Shown in pieces: positions 26,386-38,094 of a stretch of DNA of 64,000 bases (position 1 is the first letter of the stretch; every line of letters starts with the position of its first letter). The position numbers and the translations under genes are program-made. The DNA is from Octopus sinensis (taxonomy: Eukaryota): positions 60,946,001-61,010,000 of the forward strand of contig NC_042999.1 in the NCBI RefSeq assembly GCF_006345805.1, given 5' to 3'. The notes under the pieces were generated by a model. It was not told the DNA's origin. It saw only the letters and a list, made by a program, of their open reading frames with translations, and did not search any database.

Positions 26386-27435
26386 TATATATATATATAT
26401 ATAGAGAGAGAGGGTGAGAGATGAGAGAATGAGGGGGAGAGAGAGGGAGAGATGGAAAGAAAGGGAGAAATGGAAAGAGAGGGGGAAATATCACAGTATA
26501 TTTCTTTCGTTGCGATGATGAAGCTAATTTCAGTATGATACACAAACTGACGTGCGTGTGTGTGTGTGTGTATGTAGATTTATGCGAGTATGTATGCCTA
26601 CAAATATAGTATACAATAAGCACAGCATCGCTCATAAATCAACCTGCACACTGGTGACCTAGGGCTGAAGAGCAAGAACGATGTCATCAACAATAATACG
26701 TTTAATAACCTTTCTTGAAAGTAATTACCAGTTTTAGATTCGATGACATTTTTCTCTTGTTAAGATTCTTCACTAAATTGCAGACTATTGAGTATGAATT
26801 ATCTTCACAGATCTTAGGAAAATTACGCTTCCAGAACATGGTAGCACACTTTCTGAATGTCATCGTAACTTTTCAACTAATTCGGTGACAATGCATTGCA
26901 AATGAAATTTTTATACTACTAACTGAATTTGTTTGATTCAGAGAAAATCTAATGTGTGTTAGAAAGTGCTAGTCCTTGAAGTAAAGTAAGCAAATTACAT
27001 ATATAAATATAAACATATTGATACGTACAATATACACATAAGCTAATGTAGAGAAAGCGAGAAAGATCGTCAGTGAGATAGACAGATAGAAAGATAGATA
27101 GATACATACATACATACGTATGCACATAAAAATATAGACACACACCTTAATAGTTTTGGGGAAAATAAAAACATAAAAGAGAACAATACACGTACTTCTA
27201 TGTACATTTTTGTTATTTGGAATCGTTAGATACTTACCAGAGTGGGTCAACACCCGAGAGTATCGTGCATAATAGTAGGCATACAATGCACAAATCTCCT
27301 CACCCGAATGTCACTTTTGTAATATTCTGCCGTACATATTTATGAGCGTGTGTGCGCGCATTTGTATGTCTATGTATATGTATGATATGCACCCCCCCAT
27401 ATATATATATACATATATATATATATGTCATTGTA

Positions 27436-27817
27436 CAGTTTTATTTCAAGATTTCTTGCCAACCTAGATTCAAGGCTCCTTCATTGGAATTTCAACGTTA
27501 AGAACAGGGTATTTTTCTTTGAATGTATGTGTGTATATGTTCAGATTTGTATTCTCATACATGCATATCTAGACATGCTCATATATATTTAAATGATAAA
27601 CTTCTAGAACGTTTTGAAGATTTTTACTGTTCCAGTGATTGATTGGATCTGTTGTTTTCGAATTAGGTTTCTCCTTTCTGACTTTGAGGAGTCTAATATC
27701 TAAAGACTGGTATTTAGACAGTGTCTTATATATCCCAGGGCCCCAATAATGTTTATGTATATTGATATGTTTATGTATATACGTATGTATCTATCTCTTT
27801 ATGAATGTATGTATGTT

Positions 27818-27895
<78 letters not shown>

Positions 27896-28601
27896 ATGTG
27901 TTTGTATATGCTTGTATAAAATAACACAGAATTTCTTTCCCGCTTTGGCGTTCATTACCGTACTAAAAATAAATGTACTCGTATTTCCTTATGGCAAAAT
28001 GTAATTATCTTTCACGATAACACAAAATATTTGGAGAATATATTCGTAGCCATGCAATTACTACCAAAATGACCCTCCACGTACCATCTAAATTCGTACC
28101 ACTAAAATTTTGCCACTAAAATTTTGTTGCATTTTTTTGTACAGTTTCATAGTTTCATACTGGCAAAGCTTGCCTTCTGCATAGGTAAACACAGATGGAT
28201 ATACAGACATACGTGTAACACACTGCCTAAATAGCAATCTTGAGAAATTAAGATTCCCAAAACCAGATCCAATCCACTTGAACTATAAACGTATGTAAAA
28301 CTTTCCAGCAGTTTATCATTTAAGTATATATGAGCATGTCAAGAGAATACATACATAAAACAAAACATACAGATCTGCAGATATACACACATACATACAT
28401 ACATACATACATACATACATACATACATACATACATACATACATACATACATACATACATGCAAACAAACAAACATATTTACATACATACATACATAGAA
28501 AAATAGCCTGTTAATGTTGTTGAAATTCCAATGAAGGATCCTTGGATCAAAGGTAGGAACCCTCTATTTCTCTATTGGCAAAGAATCTTGAAATAAAACT
28601 G
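27436..28601. repeat. Large diverged inverted repeat (27436-27730 vs 28214-28601)
   Basis: CAGTTTTATTTCAAGATTTCTTGCCAA / TTGGCAAAGAATCTTGAAATAAAACTG; GACATGCTCATATATATTTAAATGATAAACT / AGTTTATCATTTAAGTATATATGAGCATGTC. Confidence 0.8.
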
Positions 28602-28611
28602 AATAGTGAAA

Positions 28612-28767
<156 letters not shown>

Positions 28768-29109
28768 CATATGATATGTGTGAAGGTGTGAATGTGTATG
28801 TGTGTCTATTCACATCAAAACTAAAAGCAAAAACAGAAAAAAAACAGCAAAAGTTAAAAGGATGTACAGAGTGACGCTCAGATAATGTTTAAGATCAAAG
28901 GAAGACGGAGCATGAAGTGCCGAGAATGGGTCCTCGTTAGAAAGAAGATAAGGAAGAAAGGGGACAGAGTCCGGAGGGATGGCAAAGAATAGTCACAGAA
29001 ATACAGGTGTGTTGTTACGTTGGTGAAAATTATCAGACTGGAAATGGAGAGAAAATATTTTTTGAAGGGAGGAGCGTGTGAAAATGACCAACGTGTGTAT
29101 GTATGCGTG

Positions 29110-29142
<33 letters not shown>

Positions 29143-29331
29143 CGGTGTGTCTGTGTGTTCGCGCGGTAGTATATGTGTACATGTGTGTTTGTGTTTATAC
29201 GATTGATATCTGTCTGAGAGAGCGCAGTAAACGAATTGGTTACAGTAGTCTTAGTGGTCGAGTGACGGTGACATGTGCGTATGTATGTGTATTGGTGATA
29301 CCGTGTGTGTACGTATGTTTGTGTGTGTGTA

Positions 29332-29363
<32 letters not shown>

Positions 29364-29598
29364 CATATACGCGCAAAACGCCCCCCCCCGTCAAATGGAC
29401 GGTGGTGAGTTGTCAAACATTTAAACCAAATTTTCTCAAATCAACTTGTCCGACCGTCCCATAGGCCTCCCCTTTGAGAAACACTGATTTAACTTAAATT
29501 TCAGACACCAACAAAAGAAGAAATAAAGATAGACTTTTTTCTATTCCAAAGAAAAACGATTTTATTCACACAAATATGCAGCAGAAGAGTTTAAAGTA

Positions 29599-29838
29599 CT
29601 AGTAATGATAAGGGTGTTGACTGGGAGAACACAAACATGGTTTAAACAGTAAGCTTGGCAGGAAACAAACGGCGTTATCGATTGCACTCCAACCTGGAAT
29701 CAACTTTTGTAATTTTTCAAGACTTATACATGCCCAGATACCGTCAGTATCTACATATCAAATTTGAGTGCAAACGGATGGAGGATGCCCGAGATCCTAG
29801 AAGACACACAGACAACGGATTTTATATTATATATATAT
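29599..29838 (-). mobile_element. Short Helitron-like element
   Basis: Minus: starts TATATAATATAAAATCCGTTGTCTGTGTGTC like the other Helitron 5' ends; ends with hairpin GTGTT-CTCCCAGTC-AACAC, 11 nt, CTAG|T. Confidence 0.5.
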
Positions 29839-29879
29839 ACGTGTGTACGTGTGTATGTATGTATTATATTTTATCAGTT

Positions 29880-30720
29880 ACCTGTTTTGATTATTGGATT
29901 GCTGCCATGCTGGGAAACTGGCTTGAAAGCTACTTATTCTAACGGTTTCCTTATGTTTGCAGGAAATGGTTCTCAGACTATTTTATGCAGTGGGCTTCCG
30001 TGAACTTGCTTTGCGTATATTTGAAACCATTTTCTTTTTCTGTCATGTATTCAATTATTTGCGATTGTAAAAGACTTTGAGCATCTCATTTAGATATCCT
30101 GTGGATACGTATGCAAACGGTAATATCGTATGGTAATAAAACATACCATATTTCCAAAATAATATGCAAATGTTAATAGCATTTGCCTTGAAATAATGCA
30201 TCTTATTGTACTTTACTGGTTTAAATGTCAAGCTACTTTCATCCACACATATTTTCAAACGTTCTCCCTCTCTGATGGAGCTGACCTTGTTTATTCGAGG
30301 ACATGAAGGCCAACGCAGACAACAAATGCAGCTCTTTATAAATATCTCTCGGTAGATCATTCAAAAGAAACAAAAAGTCATACTAAAGAACAGAAATCAA
30401 ATCCTGCATTGATAATACGATATGTAATGTGAGATAGGGCGCATATTTGACCTAAACGAATAACTTTGATGGGTCTTCAGATAAGATAGCTTCATGAACT
30501 CTTAGAGCATTTCCTGCGCTCTTCTGAAATTTTAATATTTACTGAACCCAGTGCAATTCCCAAAGTTGTTCAGGGTTACGACAAATACATTTAGACGATT
30601 GTTCAAACTAAACGACCATTGCTGAATCACGAAGATGAGATGTCTAATAAATATAAGAGTGTGCTATGGACAATTTCCCAGGAACAAAACGTTCTGTACT
30701 TGACGTATCAGCTTTGTAGT
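29880..30720 (-). mobile_element. Heavily decayed piggyBac-like transposase
   Basis: Minus ORF 30055-30360: KICVDESSLTFK...HYFKA...FWKYG...GY resembles the piggyBac xDESMxxFxG...YxxxKPxKxG catalytic block. Confidence 0.45.
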
Positions 30721-30911
30721 ACGGAATAAGTATTTCCATCGAATAATTTTTCAACTGATGTTTAAATAGGTTTCGCAATCTACATACAGGTATATCCAAG
30801 CACGCACATACTCATACATGGACGCATGCATACGTATATCCGCACACATACACAGGCAAAAAAAACACAGACACGCACACACACGCGCACGCACACGTAC
30901 GCACACATGCA

Positions 30912-31182
30912 CTTTTACTCTTTTACTTGTTACAGTCATTTGACTGTGGCCATGCTTGAACATCGCCTTTAGTCGAAGAAATCGACCCCAGGACTTATTC
31001 TTTGTAAGGCTAGAACTTATTCTATCGGACTTTTTGGGGACCGTGCACACACCAACATTAGTGTCAAGCGATAGTGGCTGGACAAAATTTGACACATATA
31101 TACATATATACATACATGCATACACACACACATATATATATATATAAATATATAAAATATATATGTGTAAATATATATATAT

Positions 31183-31279
<97 letters not shown>

Positions 31280-31415
31280 GACGAGCTTCTTTCAATTTCC
31301 GTCTAGAAAATCCACTCATGAGGCTATAAATAGAAGACACTTGGCCAGGATGCAATGCAGTGGGACTGAACCAGGAAACATGTGTTTGGGAAGCAAGTTT
31401 CTAACCGCACAGCCA
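30912..31415 (-). mobile_element. SINE family 1 copy with expanded internal TA tract
   Basis: Same head and tail; internal microsatellite ~31095-31278. Confidence 0.85.
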
Positions 31416-31420
31416 ATATA

Positions 31421-31494
<74 letters not shown>

Positions 31495-31923
31495 TGTGTG
31501 TTCGTGTGTGAGTGTATGTTTATTAAGAGAAATAATTATATATGTAGTAATGAATAAAATATGCATGCGTGTGTGTGTATGCCCGTATATAGGCTTTAGG
31601 TATGTCGTATTAATTTATTCGAAGTCCAAGATGTGAGTACATTCAACGTTCTTTATTCAATTTTTGTTGTATAAGATTATATTAAGTAGTTGTCCTTTAC
31701 CCTTCATTCATTCATCCATTCATTCATCCATCTATCCATCCATCCATCCATCCATCCATCCATCCTTCCATCTATATATATATATATATATATATTTATT
31801 TTATAGAAGGAGCTTCTACGGGACTAGAACTGTTTCATTCAAATATAAAATAACTTAATTTACTCTGCTATGTATTGAGTACCTTATTAACTGTGGTTAA
31901 CCCCGACTCAACCCGGGACCTAC

Positions 31924-31966
<43 letters not shown>

Positions 31967-32207
31967 GAAGAGATAGGTAGAAACATATAAATATATATAT
32001 ATATATTTATATAAATATATATATATAATTATATATGTTTCTACCTATCTCTCCGTCTATCTATGGATATATATGTGTGTGTGTATGTATGTATGTATGT
32101 ATATATATATATATGTATGTAAGTATGTATATATATATAGGTATATAAATAGAGAGATCGACAGACAGATAGACAGACAGACACACAGAAAAGCAGACAG
32201 ACAGATC

Positions 32208-32239
<32 letters not shown>

Positions 32240-32821
32240 TATAAATAGATATAGATATGTATGTATGCATATCGATAGGCAGAACCATACATTATTATAT
32301 GTATATTTGTGTGTTTGTGTGTATGTATATGTGTGCGTGTGTTTGTGTGTGTATGGGTGTGTGTGTATTCTGACTGATAGCTGTAGTAATGGATATACGA
32401 ATATATCTATTTTACTTGTGATATACATTGATTTCCCTCGTTTGCTGAACTTTTAATGGAACGACTGAAGAAATACGCTGACGTTATTATTTAGGTTATT
32501 AGTTTCATTGAAATCGATAAGATGTGTGGTCGACATGAAGATTTTTCTAATTGACGTATATTTACTTTTCCTTTGGGGACTTATTGTATTGCTACATATA
32601 ATTTTCTGTATTGCAAAATATAATCACATTTTTTTCTTGGTTACAGGAAAAACGAACATATGGCACTCAATTTTGTACCATATAAAATGGAGAATCAAAC
32701 AAAATTTAAATAAAAAATTGGAGCTAATATTTTAAAAAATGTATAAAGATACTGTTGTAGATACTATTCAAAAAAATTGTGTATCGTATGTGTGTTTAGA
32801 TATATGTATATACATGCATAT

Positions 32822-32852
<31 letters not shown>

Positions 32853-33308
32853 ATATATATATATATATAATATATATATATATATTTGTATATATATATA
32901 TATATATATACACTAATACATATATATATACACACACATATATACATATACATACAAACATAGAGATATACAGACATTAATACACTCATACACGCACACA
33001 TACACATTCAAATTTACACACACACACACACAAATACACACTTACACATATCAGCCTCTGCATGTGTATGTACACTTGTAAGATTCTAAAAGTGTGTGTA
33101 TGAGAATGAAATATGAGAATTGCGCTTAATATTTATGAAAGGGAAAGAGAATAATAGCGTACTGGTAATATTAATTCCTGTTTTTAATGTATATTAATAC
33201 ATATATAAACATATAATGTCTATATATTATTGTGTGTGTATATATGCATGTTTGCGCGCAGGTAAGTATGTATATATGTACTCATATGAATGCATATCAA
33301 CACCCTTG

Positions 33309-33870
33309 ATTCTCTTGCTCTGTCTGTCCTTCTCTATACATCGATCAAAGGGGACGACCGCTTGGCTGACCGGTTTGCGGAACACCTCCGAGGCATCAGA
33401 CTCGGCAACGACAATCCGGTCTCGCGCAATTTCCGTTCTACCGGTCACTTTTTTTAACACCTCTCTGTGTTCGGATTTTCATGGCACAGGGCCACATGGG
33501 CTCCCGTCTTTGGCGTGAACAGGGATTAATGTTCTCTCTTCGTTCCTTTGCGCCACATGGGCTCAACCCTCCTCTCCTCATCTTCTAACCCGACTTCTCT
33601 CTCCTCTCTTCTCAAACGTACTTCTTCCCACTCACCTCTCCTCTCTTGCTCTGACACGTAATTCCCCACTTCACTCCAACCCACCTTCTCCATCTCACTC
33701 TCTCCCTTCATCGTCACCCCTCCATCATTATCCCACCCCTACACATTCCAAACAACCATCCCTATACATCCCATCCCTCCCCCTCAATCCCTCACATCCC
33801 TCATTAGCTTCCCCCACTTTCGCCTCCCCCACACCCAACACCAATACACCACACCACATCACTCCCACAC
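33309..33870 (+). mobile_element. Penelope-like GIY-YIG fragment and C/T-rich 3' region
   Basis: SCSVCPSLYIDQRG / RLADRFAEHLRGI...PVSRNFRSTGH...REQGLMFSLRSFAPHGLN, stop at 33586-33588; typical PLE endonuclease C-terminus. Confidence 0.85.
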
Positions 33871-33934
33871 TATATGTGTATGTATATATATATATATATA
33901 TATTTATGTGTGTGTGTGTATATATATGTATATA

Positions 33935-34308
33935 CATGTATATATATGTTAACGGCAAAATGTCTGTCTATGTGTGTGTGTGTATCTTTTATGCAAATCC
34001 ACAATTTTTCAGGTAGAGGGCTCGCACTTTCTATGGTCATTCAAAACCGTCCAACGGTGATCGTGCATATCTTTACATTTCCCCAGTCAGCCAGCAAAGC
34101 CATTAAAAAATTCAAAAGAAGTGACTTTTTTGTGAATTTTCTATCCAAAACCCAATCAAAATGCCCGAAACTTGATACGCCAATTGAATGCCAGCTAATA
34201 GTATGTGATTGGTCGGAGATTTGGACAGTACTCGCTTGTATGTGCGCACACATACAGCTGTATATGCATGCACTAGTACTATAACCCGGCATTGCCGGGC
34301 CATAGTAG
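33935..34308 (+). mobile_element. Non-autonomous Helitron-like element
   Basis: 5' TATATATGTTAACGGCAAAATGTCTGTC resembles the 45994 copy; perfect hairpin CCCGGCA-T-TGCCGGG (34285-34299) followed by CCATAGTAG|T. Confidence 0.6.
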
Positions 34309-34606
34309 TATATATATATATAACTAAATCAAGGATACAAAAACTCTTAAAGGGATGTCAGTATCCATGTCATATACAGTATGTCAGTGAAAATCCAAAG
34401 ATGTCCCCTTCGCATTGGTGGATATTGTTAAACCATATGTTTTTTTTATACATGAGAAAAAGAAAGCTGAGAAACTGGCATATGGGCATCAATTTGTTAG
34501 GACACAATACAATTCTCAACAATATCAATCTCAGTTTTACCTGCAACTGTTTCCATGCACAATGAAATCAGTTTCAGAAATTAAATTAAATTAAACTGAA
34601 TTACGT

Positions 34607-34910
34607 AGGCGTAGGAGTGGCTGTGTGGTAAGAAATTTGCTTACCAACCACATGGTTCTGGGTTCAGTCCCACTGCGTGGAACCTTGGGCAAGTGTCTTC
34701 TACTATAGCCTCGGGCCGGCCAAAGCCTTATGAGTGGATTTGGTGGACGGAAACCGAAAGAAGCCCGTTGTATATATGTATATATGTGTGTATATGTGTG
34801 TGTGTCTGCGTTTGTTTCCACAACATTGCTTGACAACCGATGCCCGAATAAAAGCGGTGCTCCAGCATGGCCACAGTCAGATGACTGAAACCAGTAAAAG
34901 AGTGAAAGAG
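34607..34910 (+). mobile_element. SINE family 1 copy with internal deletion
   Basis: AGGCGTAGGAGTGGCTGTGTGGTAAG...ACAACCGATGCC//GCGGTGCTCCAGCATGGCCACAGTCAGATGACTGAAAC. Confidence 0.9.
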
Positions 34911-35169
34911 TACGTTTCCATATCGAATATCTTTAATTGGGTATTTCATCTGGGGAAGAATTTGATAGAAAAGAGCAACATTCCGATGTGTTGTTTGACC
35001 CTTGATTGACTCAAATATGTGCGATTCAACAGCGAATGTATTAAAAAAAACGTTACTCATGTATATTTAGATGCAAGCGTGTTTAATGCATTTGTGCGTG
35101 TGCGTGTGTAATGTGTTGTAAAACAAAAACAAAATATCCGTTATAACTCTCAGGAAATTAGTAATAGAA

Positions 35170-36100
35170 ACAATGGGATTAAATGACCCCCCCCCCGCCC
35201 CGTATAAATATAATGAGATTTTTAAATTTGAAGATTATAATATAGCTTCTGATAAGAGTGATATTAATTGGCTCATTAATCCATTCGCTAAGAAAATTAA
35301 GAACAATGTATTTAGATCTTTATATAAACTGTTTTCTAATCATTTTACCAAAGAAAATAGATATTATGATGTAATTAAAGCCAGGTTTCTTCGTGATGCT
35401 TTTTCTGTTTCGAAGAATACGTCCCAGATTATTTCTTCCCTTAACGAGAGGAAATTATCAAAAGTTTTAGAACAATAATTACCTGTTAAAATGCAAAAAT
35501 TATATTCTAAGAAATAATATTAGGGAAACATTTATAGATAATTCTGCTAATGTACAAGGGGAAACAACCCATTTTAAATTCCATCATAACCTGAAGAATA
35601 CTAGTAACGATGTAAATAACAATATAATACTCTTAAACATGGAAAAATTCAAGATAACTTATTCCATCTGGTAAAGTACAGAACAAGAACATTTTTTACT
35701 GAAAATATTGCAGCTAAGAATAAAATTTGAATATTAGAATTATTTGAATTTAATTTACAGAGTAACATTATAATTAAAAAGAAAGGTACCATCAATATGT
35801 TAAAATATTGACGCACTAGAATACTTTAAAAAATGAGAGCCAGAAGTACCAATGTAGCTAAAGTTTTATGCAAAGAAGAATAGTATATATGGTAGGCAAA
35901 TTCATTAATTAAAAACATAGGCATTGGGTCAAGAATAAAAATGTGAAGACTTCACGATATTTTAGGCAATAACTCAAGCAAATTTTACTGTGAATTTTTT
36001 GTTATAGGTAGATTTTACTGTAATATATAACTAAGTTTTGCATTATTCGATTTATTGTACTAATTAATTATGTGCTACTCTTACCTATTTTCAAATTTCT
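35170..36100 (+). mobile_element. AT-rich decayed Penelope-like ORF (post-RT region)
   Basis: DINWLINPFAKKIKNNVFRSLYKLFSNHFTKENRYYDVI...FSVSKNTSQIISSLNERKL resembles the PLE motif IIWFNPPF...HF...Y...SYS...N..QIIS.HN. Confidence 0.65.
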
Positions 36101-36425
36101 AATTATCAATAAATAATTTAAAAAATGAATTTTTTTAATGTGCAAAAGATATTTTAAATGAGGTATTTTAAATTTTTAATAGAAGTAAGAAGTAATAACA
36201 AATGAAAGTAATAACTTGTAATATAATTTTTAGTTTTAATAAAAGATTAATATTTTCTAAATCTAAATATTTTATTTGAAATTTTATCCTTAGCGGCAAT
36301 ATTTTAAGCAAAAATTTTCTTGGCCTGTACTTTAACAAATGTAATAACTTGTCCCGTAATTTTCCAGAGAATATTATTTCTCTTTCTCGCATTTTTGTAA
36401 TATATATATATATATATATATATTT

Positions 36426-36886
36426 ATTAATCAATATAGGGTGGCAGAAAAAAATTTTGTAGAATTTTGTAGAATTTTTTTCTGCCACCCTATATTGATT
36501 AATTATGAATTTTCTGGTTAATTTCGTAATGGAATCGACGGCTTATATTTATTTGCTGCCGATAAATTTGGCGCGAGTGCGACGATTTGAAAATTTTAGG
36601 TCAGATATTACCTTGGCAGGGTTTGAAATGCCTCGTGAAAATATCTGTTCCGACTTGGCTATTTCTTGCTGAAGAATCTGAGGGCCTATGGAAGATTGGC
36701 TTGATTTAATTTAATCAGGTTAGTTTACCATTAAACAGCAGATGAAACGGTGCATCGTACAAGAAATTACAGGGTAAATGTTTTTAAAATTTTCTCCTGT
36801 TTACGGAATTAATCTTTATTTGCGGTTGAAGCTTTGGCTGTTATTTCTAGTGGGTGAATGGCCTATCATGGCCGTTCCTTGATTGT

Positions 36887-36890
<4 letters not shown>
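36426..36890 (+). mobile_element. Non-coding HHR-bearing element between TA tracts with a 31-bp fold-back at its left end
   Basis: Perfect arms 36426-36456 / 36473-36503; HHR at 36661-36767; (TA)n on both sides. Confidence 0.7.
36661..36767 (+). ncRNA. Type I hammerhead ribozyme, intact core
   Basis: ATTTCTTG-CTGAAGA-ATCTG-[58 nt]-CAGAT-GAAAC-GGTGCATC-GTA|CAAGAAAT; 8-bp stem I, 5-bp stem II, self-complementary stem III. Confidence 0.8.
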
Positions 36891-36952
<62 letters not shown>

Positions 36953-37029
36953 GTATATGTATATGTATATATATATATACAGATATACATATATGTGTAT
37001 GCATGTATATACATACATATATAAATACA

Positions 37030-37062
<33 letters not shown>

Positions 37063-37219
37063 CCCAGTCCATCAATTGCTGTTATACATTACCGATCACA
37101 ATGCACTTCAAAGTCTCTCTTGACCAGAAATGGCCTGAACTCTTTGCATGAACACCACCCTGTACATAACTCCATGTCCTCCTACATGGCCTTGCTTTTT
37201 GCTTTTTGAGTCAAAAAAT

Positions 37220-37505
37220 TAACTTAACTTAACTTAACTTAACTGACTAACTTAACTTCCAATACCGTCTTGATTGCGCCAATCTTTTGAATTGTGATAC
37301 ATATTGCTTAACTGAATCGGGTTCCTATCGTTGTGGGGACCTTCATAAGGGGTCATTTCCGATCTTATTGATGCCGCTGGGCAAATACGTGGGTCCACCT
37401 CGTGCCATGTCCGTCCTGACGGAACTTGTATATTCGGTACTCTGCGAGTATGTCGTTCCCTCCGTCCTCTCCACGAATTATCTCGGACAAACTGCATTGA
37501 ACTAC
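37220..37505 (-). mobile_element. Probable LINE 3' end with (TTAAG)n tail
   Basis: GC-richer segment ending on the minus strand in (AAGTT)n repeats at 37220-37258; no clear protein motif. Confidence 0.4.
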
Positions 37506-37940
37506 ATATGTATATATTTATATATATAGTCGCAGTTCGTCTTTTGAAGTATTTCTGTGTCAGGTGAGAAAAGATTTCTAGCTGCTGTTTAATATACGTT
37601 TTAGACACTTCAAGTAAAGTGTTTCGAGTATTTTGATGTTGAAGTTAGTTGACATTTAGTGATTCGGTTAAGTGTATACTTTAAGGGTGTTTGACTTAGT
37701 TAATACATATTCAGAAATGTATGTCGAACTCTCAGAATGTTGGCAATAATTAGATTGAGAATTATGTTGTATTATTACTGGAGAAAATGATGTTGTAAAA
37801 CTTTAAAATGTGTTGCTACTGAGTTAGATAACAGTAGATCAGAGACGGGTATGCGTCACGCACGCACACTTATACAAATATAAGCATACGTTATTTATAT
37901 TATTTACATTTGACAGATATTTGTCATCTTGTTTGTTGTT

Positions 37941-37986
37941 AACACAAAGTTTCGGCTAATATAACCTCCTGGCTTCATCAGGTGCC
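37941..37986 (-). ncRNA. Degenerate minimal hammerhead in a short element next to (TAA)n
   Basis: Minus: GGCAC-CTGATGA-AGCCAGG...TAGCC-GAAAC-TTT|GTGTT; stem I pairs, stems II and III partly decayed. Confidence 0.55.
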
Positions 37987-38038
37987 TTGGGGAAATTTCG
38001 ATACTGGGTTCTCATTCGTAAGGTAGTTTTCGATGTTA

Positions 38039-38093
<55 letters not shown>

Positions 38094-38094
38094 G

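Noticed and set aside
27230-27330. Minus-strand exon candidate with CTG|GTAAGT donor
   Set aside because: All three frames from the nearest AG hit stops, and the segment looks like repeat-terminal sequence between microsatellites.
31812-31845. Minus-strand GAAAC-AGTTCTA-GTC half hammerhead
   Set aside because: The 5' core (CTGANGA) is absent; possibly a deleted relic.
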